IMG/VR virus record: IMGVR_UViG_2585427747_000002
Coordinates: 1 to 33,552 of that record
Source: a virus
Lineage: Duplodnaviria > Heunggongvirae > Uroviricota > Caudoviricetes
Reading direction: 5' to 3' (one strand)
DNA: 33,552 bases
This document shows positions 14,992 to 23,476 of the stretch, piece by piece; the first letter of the stretch is position 1; every line of letters starts with the position of its first letter. Position numbers and translations under genes: made by a program. The notes below the pieces were generated by a model. It ran no database searches and was not told the origin of the DNA. It was given only the letters and a program-made list of their open reading frames with translations.

Positions 14992-15384
14992 CGTAACCTG
15001 TCGGATCGCCGGAAAGGACCCGTTGGCCGTTCTGGTCTACTTCGTAATGGGATTTAATAGCTGAACGACAAAAGTCTTGCGACCACAGTCACACAGACCT
15101 GAATACACGTCCTGTTTCTTCCACCCCCGCACAGGACTGGCGAGCATGAGGGACACCCCCGCTAACCATAAACGCGGTAAAAACCCGGTGTGCATCGTTT
15201 TTGATTATTCCCGCACACTCGCGCAGAAGGAATTCCCCGTCGAGCTACGGTCATGGTTAATGCAGGAATACGGCGACGATACAGCGCATAATGTGTCAGG
15301 CTTGAATACCTTTATCGAATCCCGGTAACGAATTCTCCTGACGTTCCAGTCAGGTGATGATATGCATGGTGAGATTCAGATATG

Positions 15385-15408
15385 AAAAAGCCCCGCTAAA
15401 AGCGAGGC
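15385..15408 (-). terminator. Putative intrinsic terminator after the orphan late gene
   Basis: On the minus strand: stem gcctcgc / gcggggc (6 of 7 bp) with 5-nt loop followed by UUUUU; lies 19 nt past the stop of the 15427..15801 gene. Confidence 0.5.
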
Positions 15409-15426
15409 CATAAATCACTTAATATC

Positions 15427-15801
15427 TTATTGAGGACGCTGGAGTAATCCGCACTGAGCGAGAGTTAGAGCAATGTCGTAAGACCCTTGCCTGTCTTTAT
15501 AGCAAGTTTTATCAACTAACTCAGCTTTGCTAATTCCGGGTAAATCAAGAATCAGATTCGCAACTTCAATTGCCCTTTGGTACAACTTACCGCCCTTTCT
15601 CTCCCCATGCTGTGGTTTTACATTCTTCAGATAACCGCTATCCGCCAGGGCGAGAAATGTTGCCCGTGGGCATATCTTCTTTCTTGACGATTCGCTTTCC
15701 GTAACCTCTGCGACAGCTGCATCCCATGCATCACGAGGATGCATTGAGCTATCAGCAACCAAATGATAAGCGATTAAAGCGGCGTGAGCGTATTGAGACA
15801 T
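15427..15801 (-). CDS. Hypothetical protein (124 aa) between Rz and cos; possible late-operon moron
   Basis: ORF MSQYAHAALIAYHLVADSSMHPRDAWDAAV...; same orientation as the late genes; no family recognised; followed by a terminator-like hairpin. Confidence 0.55.
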   Translation of the reverse strand: MSQYAHAALIAYHLVADSSMHPRDAWDAAVAEVTESESSRKKICPRATFLALADSGYLKNVKPQHGERKGGKLYQRAIEVANLILDLPGISKAELVDKTCYKDRQGSYDIALTLAQCGLLQRPQ

Positions 15802-15839
15802 AATGCATCCATATACAAAAATCTTATGATACGACTTTT

Positions 15840-16283
15840 CTAATATGAGTACTGTGATCTCACATACTCTTGCAGGCCATTCAATTGGTTAGTTATGGTT
15901 TCGATGCGCTCTCTGAGAACGAAATAATCCCGTTGAGCGGTGTCAGTAAGTCTGGGGCTGGAAGCATCATCCACGCCGGAGGCGGCGGTGGTTTTATGCT
16001 TGTCCGGACAGACTGCTTTGACGTGCAGCCACTTACGACCAGCAGAAACATCAGCACGAAGACTTTCGATAGTCGCGTTAGCATCAGCAAGCTCCTTTGT
16101 ATATCTGGCATCGAGTTCAGCTACATCACGTTGACGCTTCTGCATGTCAGTAATAATGGATGCGGCCTTATCACGCTGCTTTTTGTAAGTGATGGCGTTA
16201 TCACGGTAATGATTAACCGCCCATGACAGGCAGACGATGATGCAGATAACCAGAGCAGAGATAATCGCGGTTACTCTGCTCAT
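15840..16283 (-). CDS. Rz: Spanin inner-membrane subunit Rz
   Basis: 147 aa, [34 protein letters not shown]..., N-terminus identical to recalled lambda Rz. Confidence 0.92.
   Translation of the reverse strand: MSRVTAIISALVICIIVCLSWAVNHYRDNAITYKKQRDKAASIITDMQKRQRDVAELDARYTKELADANATIESLRADVSAGRKWLHVKAVCPDKHKTTAASGVDDASSPRLTDTAQRDYFVLRERIETITNQLNGLQEYVRSQYSY
15893..16084 (-). CDS. Rz1: Spanin outer-membrane lipoprotein Rz1, embedded in the +1 frame of Rz
   Basis: Embedded [29 protein letters not shown]...[10 protein letters not shown]... with lipobox (VVSGC) and proline-rich stretch like lambda Rz1; track ORF 15893..16111 includes an upstream extension. Confidence 0.8.
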   Translation of the reverse strand: MLTRLSKVFVLMFLLVVSGCTSKQSVRTSIKPPPPPAWMMLPAPDLLTPLNGIISFSESASKP

Positions 16284-16756
16284 ACCTCAATCTCTCTGAC
16301 CGTTCCGCCAGCTTCTTTGAATTTTGCAATCAGGTTGTCAACCTTATGCTCGAACTGACCATAACCAGCGCCCGGCAGTGAAGCCCAGATATTGCTGCAA
16401 CGGTCGATTGCCTGACGAATATCACCGCGGTCTATCATCGGCAAAGCGCCACGCTCTTTAATCTGCTGCAATGCCACAGCGTCCTGACTTTTGGGAGAGA
16501 AGTCTTTCAGGCCAAGCTGCTTACGGTAAGCATCCCACCAACGGGAAAGAAGCTGGTAACGTCCGGCTGCTGTTGATTTGAGTTTGGGGTTTAGCGTGAC
16601 AAGTTTGCGAGGGTGATCGGAGTAATCAGTGAATAGCTCTCCGCCAACAATGACGTCGTAGCCGTGATTGCGGGTTGGCTGCCGTCCGTTATCCGTTCCT
16701 TCTGACCACGCCAACATATCGAGGAAAGCTTTACGCTGAGGATTAAGATTTTGCAT
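16280..16756 (-). CDS. R: Endolysin R (lytic transglycosylase)
   Basis: 158 aa, ...[44 protein letters not shown]..., matches lambda gpR. Confidence 0.94.
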   Translation of the reverse strand: MQNLNPQRKAFLDMLAWSEGTDNGRQPTRNHGYDVIVGGELFTDYSDHPRKLVTLNPKLKSTAAGRYQLLSRWWDAYRKQLGLKDFSPKSQDAVALQQIKERGALPMIDRGDIRQAIDRCSNIWASLPGAGYGQFEHKVDNLIAKFKEAGGTVREIEV

Positions 16757-17060
16757 TTTTCACCCCTGTCAGTCGTTCCCAGAAGTACGTCAGTGCAACC
16801 GAACCCATCGCACCACTAATCCCCGCCGTCGCGAGAATCATGTAAATGCTGAATCCACTTTCGATACTGATCAGGCCACCAATAACACCGGTGAATCCCG
16901 ATACCACTATCTGAGCCAGAGCATTTATCCAGCTCCACGTTGCTTTACTCTGCTTCACATCTATCAGGTAGCGGACCAGACCGCCCCAACCTGCGATGAT
17001 CAGCAAAACGAGCCAGAACGCTCCGGCAAGGCTCTCTTTTTCGTGCATATGAATAGCCAA
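16743..17060 (-). CDS. Holin (class I, 3 predicted TM segments), not lambda S-like; dual-start motif
   Basis: 105 aa, MAIHMHEKESLAGAFWLVLLIIAGWGGLV...; sits directly upstream of R and overlaps it by 14 nt; Met1 and Met5 could give antiholin and holin forms. Confidence 0.75.
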   Translation of the reverse strand: MAIHMHEKESLAGAFWLVLLIIAGWGGLVRYLIDVKQSKATWSWINALAQIVVSGFTGVIGGLISIESGFSIYMILATAGISGAMGSVALTYFWERLTGVKNAKS

Positions 17061-17163
17061 TGTTTCGCCGCCGACAAAAGGCCGGGACGTTAAATGTCAG
17101 AAATCAGGCTCACGGGGTAATTTAACGACAAAGCACGGAGTTGATGCTCCCCGCAGGCCTGGA

Positions 17164-17188
17164 ATAAAAAAGCCAGCATGTAGCTGGC
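17164..17188 (-). terminator. Intrinsic terminator downstream of the Q-position gene (tR'-like)
   Basis: Minus strand: GCCAGC-uacau-GCUGGC followed by UUUUUUAUU; located about 190 nt downstream of the Q-like stop and upstream of the holin, matching the lambda pR'-tR' arrangement. Confidence 0.65.
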
Positions 17189-17369
17189 AATAGAGGGTTA
17201 AGCAATATCAACTCAACAGCTGAAGACACCCTGGCTGGGGTAGGTTGGAAGGCTACTCACCGTCCAGAAACAGAAAAGCCCAAAGTTTTAAACCTCGGGC
17301 TTGAATTTGGATTACTGCCAGTGCGTACAACATTGGCAAAATATCAGATTTACACGAAATATATGCTTT

Positions 17370-18059
17370 TTAATCCAGTTTTGCAATACTTTGCTGTGAA
17401 AATGTGGTCTTTTGTTTTGAACGTGTTTTCGTTAAAAGCAATAAAGCTTGGCTATCAAGCTGTAGAAAAATGTGCTTCATTGCAACCCAGCGTTCAGTAA
17501 ATGTCTCAGACCAGTTTTTTGATGTCACTCCCACCAGTAATGCCAGCTTCTGGTATTCATAGGTCTTACGCCCTGCCAGCTCGTTCTTCACATCCTGTGC
17601 CGCCAGCCAGATCAACTTCTTTAAGCGCTCCAGTGTCTTACTGGCAATTTTTCTTGTACCTAACAGCGCCTTAAACTCGCTCCATGCCCACTGCGTTATG
17701 GCAACCTGATGCTCCCAGCGAATATTTTCACTGTAACTCCACAGCAACCACGCTTTCTGATGTTCATCGAGAGACAAAATCGCACGCCGCCACGAAGAGG
17801 TTGAAAACTCGACCGAACTGACCAGGGCGACAGATGAACCTTTTGCGTACGACTGTTTAACGGAAATCGGCGGATTATCCAGCGTAATCATCTTGCCAGT
17901 TACCACATCCAGAATGCGCGGCTTCTTTCGTTTGTAAGTAGCAGTATCAAATTGTGCATGCTCCAGCCAGGCTTCAAGCTGGCCTTTCGTTGCTCCGCTC
18001 AAATCAGCGGTAGCCACAATGAGTTGCTCGCGGACATACTGTAAATATTGGGTATTCAT
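17370..18059 (-). CDS. Putative late-gene antiterminator in the Q position (229 aa, cysteine-free, not Q-lambda type)
   Basis: Position: immediately after ylcG and before the pR'/tR'-like region and lysis genes. No Cys residues, so no lambda-Q-type zinc ribbon. Assignment is positional only. Confidence 0.5.
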   Translation of the reverse strand: MNTQYLQYVREQLIVATADLSGATKGQLEAWLEHAQFDTATYKRKKPRILDVVTGKMITLDNPPISVKQSYAKGSSVALVSSVEFSTSSWRRAILSLDEHQKAWLLWSYSENIRWEHQVAITQWAWSEFKALLGTRKIASKTLERLKKLIWLAAQDVKNELAGRKTYEYQKLALLVGVTSKNWSETFTERWVAMKHIFLQLDSQALLLLTKTRSKQKTTFSQQSIAKLD

Positions 18060-18196
18060 GCGGCAGCTCCTTTCAGTGTTTTGGCGTAATTCTTCAGTAT
18101 CCGGTAATCGGTCAAAACAGAACCGGGGAAACGATATAAGCGCAGGCGCATCCAGCGGTGGCGAAGACGTTCTGCCATATAAGACTCAAACATCAT
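18056..18196 (-). CDS. ylcG: YlcG-like small protein (46 aa)
   Basis: Sub-60-aa ORF missing from the track: [41 protein letters not shown]...; start overlaps rusA stop, stop overlaps the Q-like start. Resembles DLP12 YlcG as recalled. Confidence 0.7.
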   Translation of the reverse strand: MMFESYMAERLRHRWMRLRLYRFPGSVLTDYRILKNYAKTLKGAAA

Positions 18197-18555
18197 TCAT
18201 CTCCCAGTTCAGTGATGGTCAGCTCCAGCTTTCCACCCTTGGTAACGGGCATCTTCACAACGCGGTAATCAACGACCTGAGCATCATCCAGCCAGAAACC
18301 TGCTTTGGTGAGTGCGTCAAAAGCGGCTTTTTGCAGATTATCCAGGTCACGGCGGCGGCAATCTGGCATGTGACACTCAATGCGGATTTTCACAGGAATA
18401 GCCAGGCCGATATCCAGCATTGCGTTTTTAATGATTCGGGCGACGTTATCGCGGTATGCCTGCCCCTCTGCGCTGACGTGCGTGCGCCCGCGATTATGGC
18501 GGTAATAGCGATTATTGCTCGGAGGCCAGGGTAATGTGATGCTGTAGGTATTCAC
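18193..18555 (-). CDS. rusA: Holliday junction resolvase RusA
   Basis: 120 aa, [46 protein letters not shown]..., matches recalled E. coli RusA (DLP12). Confidence 0.93.
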   Translation of the reverse strand: MNTYSITLPWPPSNNRYYRHNRGRTHVSAEGQAYRDNVARIIKNAMLDIGLAIPVKIRIECHMPDCRRRDLDNLQKAAFDALTKAGFWLDDAQVVDYRVVKMPVTKGGKLELTITELGDE

Positions 18556-18842
18556 GCCTTAATAACCCCCTCTTTCAGCCAGATAACCTGTGTTCTCGCC
18601 ATACCTTCCAGCGCGCATTCTTTTGCATATCCAGCGTCAACAAAATGCGTGCGACGGTCGATCTCGTCGTGACAGGCAGAACATGCAATGGTGGCAATCA
18701 GGTCTGGCGGTTTGGTACCGGTGCCGCACAATCCAGCCAGCCGGATATGTGCCAGTACAGACGTTTCAGAGTTGCCATTACATACGCCAGGGATTCTTAC
18801 CTGGCATTCCCGACCACGCGCTGCTTTTCTCAAATCAGCCAT
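18552..18842 (-). CDS. ybcO: YbcO-like protein (DUF1364; reported nuclease)
   Basis: Start [23 protein letters not shown]... (track ORF has a 13-codon upstream extension); matches recalled DLP12 YbcO. Confidence 0.85.
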   Translation of the reverse strand: MADLRKAARGRECQVRIPGVCNGNSETSVLAHIRLAGLCGTGTKPPDLIATIACSACHDEIDRRTHFVDAGYAKECALEGMARTQVIWLKEGVIKA

Positions 18843-19005
18843 GACTCCTCCTTGCTGCCAGTCGCAACCATTTTTTATCAACCAGGCTGGCGGTATATCC
18901 GAGCAGTGTTGGTATTTCGGATGGCTTCAGCTCAGGTTTACGCTTACGACGATTTGGTACTCTGTAGATGTGTCCGTTCATGACACGAATAAGCGGTGTA
19001 GCCAT
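18835..19005 (-). CDS. ninE: NinE-like protein (56 aa)
   Basis: Sub-60-aa ORF missing from the track: [56 protein letters not shown]; start overlaps ybcN stop (TAATG), stop overlaps ybcO start. Confidence 0.75.
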   Translation of the reverse strand: MATPLIRVMNGHIYRVPNRRKRKPELKPSEIPTLLGYTASLVDKKWLRLAARRSHG

Positions 19006-19460
19006 TACGCCTCCTGCTTGTCGCGCAGCAGCTGGAACTCGCAGCTCTGAGGAATAGTCAGATGGCAGCCAATATTCATCGCCCAGGCTTCAATCTTGCA
19101 CAGGAAGACATACATCTCTCCGGCATCAAGATCGGAGGTATGGCGTAATGACTGAATAGTGGTGATCTCACCGGATACGACATCAACCAGTTCTTTGGTT
19201 TCATAACCGAGATAAGTGTGTTTGAGAGCATCTTTTACCCATGCTGCGGTAGCGAACGATTTCCCCCTGCGGATAAGGTATTCACTGATTTCGCTGTACC
19301 ACATGTGGCTAAGTGCATTCTGGGAAAGACTGCGTCTCTCGCGCCACGGTTTAAGCACCATGCGAAAGCACTTGCCGTCTTCCAAATAAGGCTGGAGCTG
19401 CTGACCGATAGCGGTGAAGTTACCGCGATGCAGTTTGATGCCGTCTTGTGGGAGGTTCAC
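19005..19460 (-). CDS. ybcN: YbcN-like protein (DLP12 nin-region protein)
   Basis: 151 aa, [62 protein letters not shown]..., matches recalled DLP12 YbcN. Confidence 0.88.
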   Translation of the reverse strand: MNLPQDGIKLHRGNFTAIGQQLQPYLEDGKCFRMVLKPWRERRSLSQNALSHMWYSEISEYLIRRGKSFATAAWVKDALKHTYLGYETKELVDVVSGEITTIQSLRHTSDLDAGEMYVFLCKIEAWAMNIGCHLTIPQSCEFQLLRDKQEA

Positions 19461-19579
19461 GCTTCACCTCCGCAGAGGTCAAACGCTGGATAAAGAATAT
19501 CGCAGGTGCATTTCTGCATCTGTGAATGGAGAAGAGAGGTTGGATTGTATGTGCGCATAAACGTCCCCGTTTAGCGCAG

Positions 19580-19612
19580 AAGTCACCGGAGTTGTTCAGG
19601 CTCCGGTGACTT
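19580..19612. repeat. Perfect 12-bp inverted repeat (AAGTCACCGGAG ... CTCCGGTGACTT) with 9-nt spacer
   Basis: Read directly from sequence; lies between the ybcN start and the end of the 181-aa cargo gene; no clean U-tract on either strand. Confidence 0.7.
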
Positions 19613-19651
19613 AATTATGACAAGTTGATTATGGAAAATCAAAGCTTGTCA

Positions 19652-20197
19652 TCAGAACAACGAATAATTTAAAAACTCTATAATTTCTAAGATTTTTTCA
19701 CTTATCGCTGGAATGAAACGTGAAGCAAAATAGAGCCCCAAAAAAACCAATATTGAGTACGAAACCGTGATAGCGACTCTGTATTTTTTCTCGCCTCGCT
19801 TCACTCTCTCCCACTCAGTTTTAAGAATACTGGAACTATATTCAAAATACTGTCTGACCACATCTGTAATGTTAGATGAGCGATCCATTTTTAAAATGTA
19901 ATCCTCAATGATTTTCAAAAGCTGAGACTCTTCATTAGTTAAGTTTTTACTGGATAATCTAAGCTTCACTTTTGCGGAAAGAAAATAAATTTTTCCAGCC
20001 ACCTCAGGGAGCTTCTCAGGCGGAGTCGTGCGTAATTGTAAAAAGTTCTCCATCAATTCGGCTAACTCTTCCCTTAAACCATCTATCCACGCTTGCCGAA
20101 ACTCAGATGTTTTATTCTCCTTAGTGATAACAAGCCCCACTCCAGCTGCAGCTGCGGCAATAATTGCGGCGACAACTGAGGCTATCCCTGCATCCAT
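19652..20197 (-). CDS. Hypothetical membrane protein (181 aa; N- and C-terminal hydrophobic helices), AT-rich cargo
   Basis: ORF MDAGIASVVAAIIAAAAAGVGLVITK...VAITVSYSILVFLGLYFASRFIPAI...; SD-like gagggg upstream of ATG; no family recognised. Confidence 0.6.
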   Translation of the reverse strand: MDAGIASVVAAIIAAAAAGVGLVITKENKTSEFRQAWIDGLREELAELMENFLQLRTTPPEKLPEVAGKIYFLSAKVKLRLSSKNLTNEESQLLKIIEDYILKMDRSSNITDVVRQYFEYSSSILKTEWERVKRGEKKYRVAITVSYSILVFLGLYFASRFIPAISEKILEIIEFLNYSLF

Positions 20198-20214
20198 GAA
20201 TTACCCCTCAAAAC

Positions 20215-20238
20215 AATATGAATATGAATATGAATATG
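20215..20238. repeat. Tandem hexanucleotide repeat (AATATG)x4
   Basis: Four perfect tandem copies at 20215-20238, 18-41 nt upstream of the 181-aa gene start codon (20195-20197, minus strand). Confidence 0.9.
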
Positions 20239-20342
20239 ATTCGATGTCTTCAGCAATTGAAAACTAAAACTCCCTGTAATGTCACATCTGCCCATGAATG
20301 TGTTTTCTTCATACAGCTTTGCTGCAATATCTAAATCAGACA

Positions 20343-20669
20343 TTAGTCAGCGGTTCTCCCGCGCCAGCGTTTGTTACTTTCTGATATTCTTTCTGTATCA
20401 ACAGATTCAACCTCACCTTCTGAAAACCTAACTGCATTAGCTTTAGCCATTGCCTTCCTAGCATCTTCTTCCGCCTGGCTAAAATGCACCTTCTTTCTTC
20501 CCTTGAAACTACCAACGCGAATTTTGGAAGAGGCCTGCGTCTTGTACTTGCTAATCCGTAATTGTGCCGCCAAATGGGCTTTTGCCTCGGTGCGGTTCGC
20601 TGGCTTCTTCTTTACTAATTCAAGGTCTAAATGGTACTGCTGCTCAGCTCTTAGTTTCTTCGGTTTCAT
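20343..20669 (-). CDS. Hypothetical basic protein (108 aa), AT-rich cargo
   Basis: ATG start MKPKKLRAEQQYHLDLELVKKK... preceded by gagag SD; the track ORF begins at an upstream TTG. Lys/Arg-rich; no family recognised. Confidence 0.5.
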   Translation of the reverse strand: MKPKKLRAEQQYHLDLELVKKKPANRTEAKAHLAAQLRISKYKTQASSKIRVGSFKGRKKVHFSQAEEDARKAMAKANAVRFSEGEVESVDTERISESNKRWRGRTAD

Positions 20670-21037
20670 AATATCACTCTCAAACAAAGTCCATTTATCA
20701 TAGAATAAAAGCCCTCTAAGAGCTTTGATTTGTATCTATGCTAATTCCCGTCAATTTGTTCTTCATTTTACCTCCAGCTGTTGTGCTGCTGCAGTGGCAT
20801 TCAATAGTTTTCCTTCTAAGCATCCTACAAAATCGGTGACGAGTCATGACCAGTTCACGTAGTGCAATGAAATTACTGCAATCTATTATGACGCAAATGC
20901 GTCAATACTCGAATCAACTGATCATCCTGCCACGACTGAAATCTCAAATAGGCCGTTTCTCAAGTAAGAGATTTTGAATGCATTATTGGCTACTGAAAAA
21001 AAACCAGCGCCAACTGGGTTCATATGAAATTTTTTTG

Positions 21038-21532
21038 TCATTTCCAATTGCAAGACTGTGAAATTTTTTCCACAACCTTATCAATCTCAGACAAGTCAAA
21101 CTCAACTACTTGCATAGTTGATCCATAAGGTTCAAACCCAAAAATAGCTTTTTTATGCTTAGCCAAGGTCTTTATAAATTGTATTGGTTGTGGAGCAAAT
21201 GCAGAATCACCGCCTTCCCCACCTCCCCAAACACTCTTGACCGGCTTTCCGCCATCTAACCGCACTGTAATTCTTGGGTTGTCCGAACCCATATAATCAT
21301 TGAATGATAAATAGGCATCTGTTTTGTTATCACTACAACGCAACACCAGTGAAGTTGCACGATCAGTACCTGCTTTGTTATATGAATCTGGTGATAAATT
21401 AAGAGCCACAAAGTCAGTCTGGTCAGTCATTTTATTCATCTCAGACTTTGTTATCCACGGCCCTAACTTCTCTACACCAGCATTTGCTGTAAACGAGGCA
21501 CTTATGACAAAGGCTAAAATAAATTTTCTCAT
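21038..21532 (-). CDS. Hypothetical secreted protein (164 aa) with Sec-type signal peptide, AT-rich cargo
   Basis: N-terminus MRKFILAFVISASFTANA|GVEK (signal-peptide-like, no lipobox Cys); AAGGAG SD 8 nt upstream; no family recognised. Confidence 0.6.
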   Translation of the reverse strand: MRKFILAFVISASFTANAGVEKLGPWITKSEMNKMTDQTDFVALNLSPDSYNKAGTDRATSLVLRCSDNKTDAYLSFNDYMGSDNPRITVRLDGGKPVKSVWGGGEGGDSAFAPQPIQFIKTLAKHKKAIFGFEPYGSTMQVVEFDLSEIDKVVEKISQSCNWK

Positions 21533-21678
21533 AACCCTATCTCCTTGGATTTAAAGAACTAAATATTATCAAGTCTCTTGCCACTAGAAAACCCACTTTA
21601 TTTCCAAACTCTGACGGCATTCCTGAAAATCCGCTTCATACTCACTTGCCCCGCCCTATCATCCTGAGTAGCTAACCG

Positions 21679-21852
21679 TTAAACAAACGTTCGCCAGACC
21701 TTACCATCAATGACCAAGATTCCTGCCCGCGCCATTTTAGCCGCAGCCTGATTTATGCTGGTTACTGTAGCGCCTGTTACCGCGGCAACGTCCTGCGCAC
21801 AGAAGCTCTTATGCGTCCCCAGGTAATAAATAATTGCCTCTTTGCCCGTCAT
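21679..21852 (-). pseudogene. ren: ren, truncated (57 codons, lambda Ren is about 96 aa)
   Basis: Translated by hand: MTGKEAIIYYLGTHKSFCAQDVAAVTGATVTSINQAAAKMARAGILVIDGKVWRTFV*; start overlaps P stop (ATGA); similarity to lambda Ren ends where the AT-rich cargo begins. Confidence 0.7.
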
Positions 21853-22550
21853 ACACTTGCTCCTTTCAGCCCAAACTTAGCTTTGATTTCTGCGATCTTC
21901 GCCAGAGCCTGTGCACGATTTAGAGGTCTACCGCCCATGACAGGAAGTTGTTTTACTGGTTCAGGTATCGCCTCACCACGGTTAATTCGCGCGGTCATAC
22001 AAGTCAGTTCATCGGCAGCCTTGCGCCGTAATTCCGTATCAGTAAGCGCATTGGCCCGCATATTCTGGTACAGGCTAGTAACCAGCCAGTAGTGCGCGTT
22101 TGATTTCCACGGATAAGACTCTGCATCCGGATACAGGCCACGCTTCCGGCAATACTCGTAAACCATATCAACCAGCTCGCTGGCGTTTGGCAGTCCGGCA
22201 ATAACAGATGCTTCTTCACGACACCAGGCAACAAACTGCCCGGGTGATGGCAGGAATGGTCGATTCTGCCGACGGGCTACGCGCATTCCAGCGTTAACCT
22301 GTTCCATCGTGGTGATCCCATTTTCCCGGAAAGCCAGAACCCACTGGCGGCGGATTTCGTTCAGTTCATTCTGGTCCCGGTTAGCCAGGCTCGCCGGGAA
22401 AGTAGCCAGTAACTGGCTGAACACACCATTGATAATCTGCGCTACCTGCTGTACCTGCGGCTTTTCGTCGTACTGTTCCGGCATGTTATTGGCGATCCGG
22501 CGCATCTGCTCACGGTCAAAGTTAACCATCTGTGCGGCGATGTTTTTCAT
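21849..22550 (-). CDS. P: Replication protein P (DnaB helicase loader)
   Basis: 233 aa, MKNIAAQMVNFDREQMRRIANNMPEQYDEKPQVQQVAQIINGVFSQLLATFPASLANRDQNE..., near-identical to recalled lambda P. Confidence 0.95.
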   Translation of the reverse strand: MKNIAAQMVNFDREQMRRIANNMPEQYDEKPQVQQVAQIINGVFSQLLATFPASLANRDQNELNEIRRQWVLAFRENGITTMEQVNAGMRVARRQNRPFLPSPGQFVAWCREEASVIAGLPNASELVDMVYEYCRKRGLYPDAESYPWKSNAHYWLVTSLYQNMRANALTDTELRRKAADELTCMTARINRGEAIPEPVKQLPVMGGRPLNRAQALAKIAEIKAKFGLKGASV

Positions 22551-23476
22551 AGCTCCACCCCGTAAATCCAGTCAGTGTTCGTCAGGTCGAATTTTGGTTT
22601 GCCGGCTGTCACGCCAGCCTGTTGCTTGTTACGGTTGATTTCGAGTTGGGTCCACTTGTCGCGGAGTTTGGCCGGACTTAGCACGTTACCGGACCAGAAG
22701 TTGTCCTGGCATGCCCAGCGGAACAGCACGCACATGTCGCGGTGGTTACGTCCGTCACGTTCACGCATCAGGCGGATATCGTTAGCCCACCCTGCAAAAT
22801 TCGGTTTTCTGGCTGATGGCGCGATGGTCTTCACCATGTCAAACATCCACTCTGCGGCGGTCAGGTCTTCTGCTGTCCCCCACTTGCTGCCGCTCTGAAT
22901 TGCAGCATCTGGTTTCACCACAGGAAGATCGTTTTCTGGTTGGTCAGAGGATTCGCCAGAATTCTCGGACGAAAAAGGTTTTATATTGTCTTTTGTTAGT
23001 TTGTCTTTTGTGTTTACCTGATTCGGGTAAACGCCTTTACCTGATTTGGGTAAACTTTTCTTACCTGATTCAGGTAAATTTACCTCTTTCAGGTAAACTT
23101 TATTTTTCTTACCTGATTCGGGTAATGTTGACCATTCACTGACCACATTATTAATACCGATATTCCGCCCGCTCTGAATCAAAATCCCACGCTTTACCAG
23201 AACACTTTTTGCAGCAGAACACTTGTGCGGCAATATCCCGGTCAATTCGGACAGTTGCTCGTTGCTCACCCAATCCAGTTTTTTATTAAAACCATATGTT
23301 TTGCGCATGACAGCCAGGAAGACCAGAAGCTGGTGCTGTGTTAATCCGGCCAGCATCACAGCTTCCAGCAACTCATTTGCAATGCGCGTATAACCATCAT
23401 CGAGATCTGCCACGCGCCGCTCCTTTTGTGCCTCATCCGGCACTGGAAAATTGAATATCTCAGCAGTGTTTGCCAT
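22547..23476 (-). CDS. O: Replication initiator O (origin-binding); N-terminal domain lambda O-like, remainder divergent
   Basis: Start MANTAEIFNFPVPDEAQKERRVADLDDGYTRIANELLEA preceded by GGAAGG SD (track ORF has a 30-codon upstream extension); contains ori iterons; 3' end overlaps P start. Confidence 0.85.
   Translation of the reverse strand: MANTAEIFNFPVPDEAQKERRVADLDDGYTRIANELLEAVMLAGLTQHQLLVFLAVMRKTYGFNKKLDWVSNEQLSELTGILPHKCSAAKSVLVKRGILIQSGRNIGINNVVSEWSTLPESGKKNKVYLKEVNLPESGKKSLPKSGKGVYPNQVNTKDKLTKDNIKPFSSENSGESSDQPENDLPVVKPDAAIQSGSKWGTAEDLTAAEWMFDMVKTIAPSARKPNFAGWANDIRLMRERDGRNHRDMCVLFRWACQDNFWSGNVLSPAKLRDKWTQLEINRNKQQAGVTAGKPKFDLTNTDWIYGVEL
22981..23126. repeat. ori: Replication origin inside O: five ~19-bp iterons (TTACCTGATTCGGGTAAAC-like, each an imperfect palindrome) at 23014-23126 plus AT-rich tract 22981-23013
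   Basis: Iterons read at 23014-23032, 23037-23055, 23061-23079, 23080-23098, 23109-23126; AT-rich stretch follows in the direction of O transcription, as in ori-lambda. Confidence 0.85.

Noticed and set aside
15077-15328. 83-aa plus-strand ORF between cos and the orphan late gene
   Set aside because: Starts at an alternative codon, has only a weak RBS before its first ATG (15146) and no recognisable family. It could be a bor-like moron on the opposite strand, but the sequence gives no positive support.
17276-17302. Second hairpin candidate (AAGCCC...GGGCTT) in the Q-S spacer
   Set aside because: 6-bp stem with a 15-nt loop and only a weak U-tract; the hairpin at 17164-17188 is a much better terminator.
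17061-17369. Looked for a tRNA gene between the Q-position gene and the holin
   Set aside because: No cloverleaf-compatible sequence (no GTTCGAATC-type T-arm or matching acceptor stems) was seen; the region contains only a terminator hairpin.
20371-20703. 110-aa plus-strand ORF overlapping the 108-aa basic-protein gene
   Set aside because: Antisense to the better-supported minus-strand gene (good SD, co-oriented with neighbours); its peptide is low-complexity and hydrophobic in an artefactual way.
22981-23126. Direct repeats of ~19 bp considered as a possible CRISPR array
   Set aside because: Repeats are imperfect palindromic iterons separated by 0-10 bp, with no spacers of CRISPR size; they sit inside a replication initiator gene next to an AT-rich tract, which is classic ori architecture.
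22816-23142. 108-aa plus-strand ORF across the ori region with repetitive peptide (…LYLIWVNFSYLIQVNLPLSGKLYFSYLIRV…)
   Set aside because: The repetitive peptide is just the translated iterons; the region lies inside O on the other strand.
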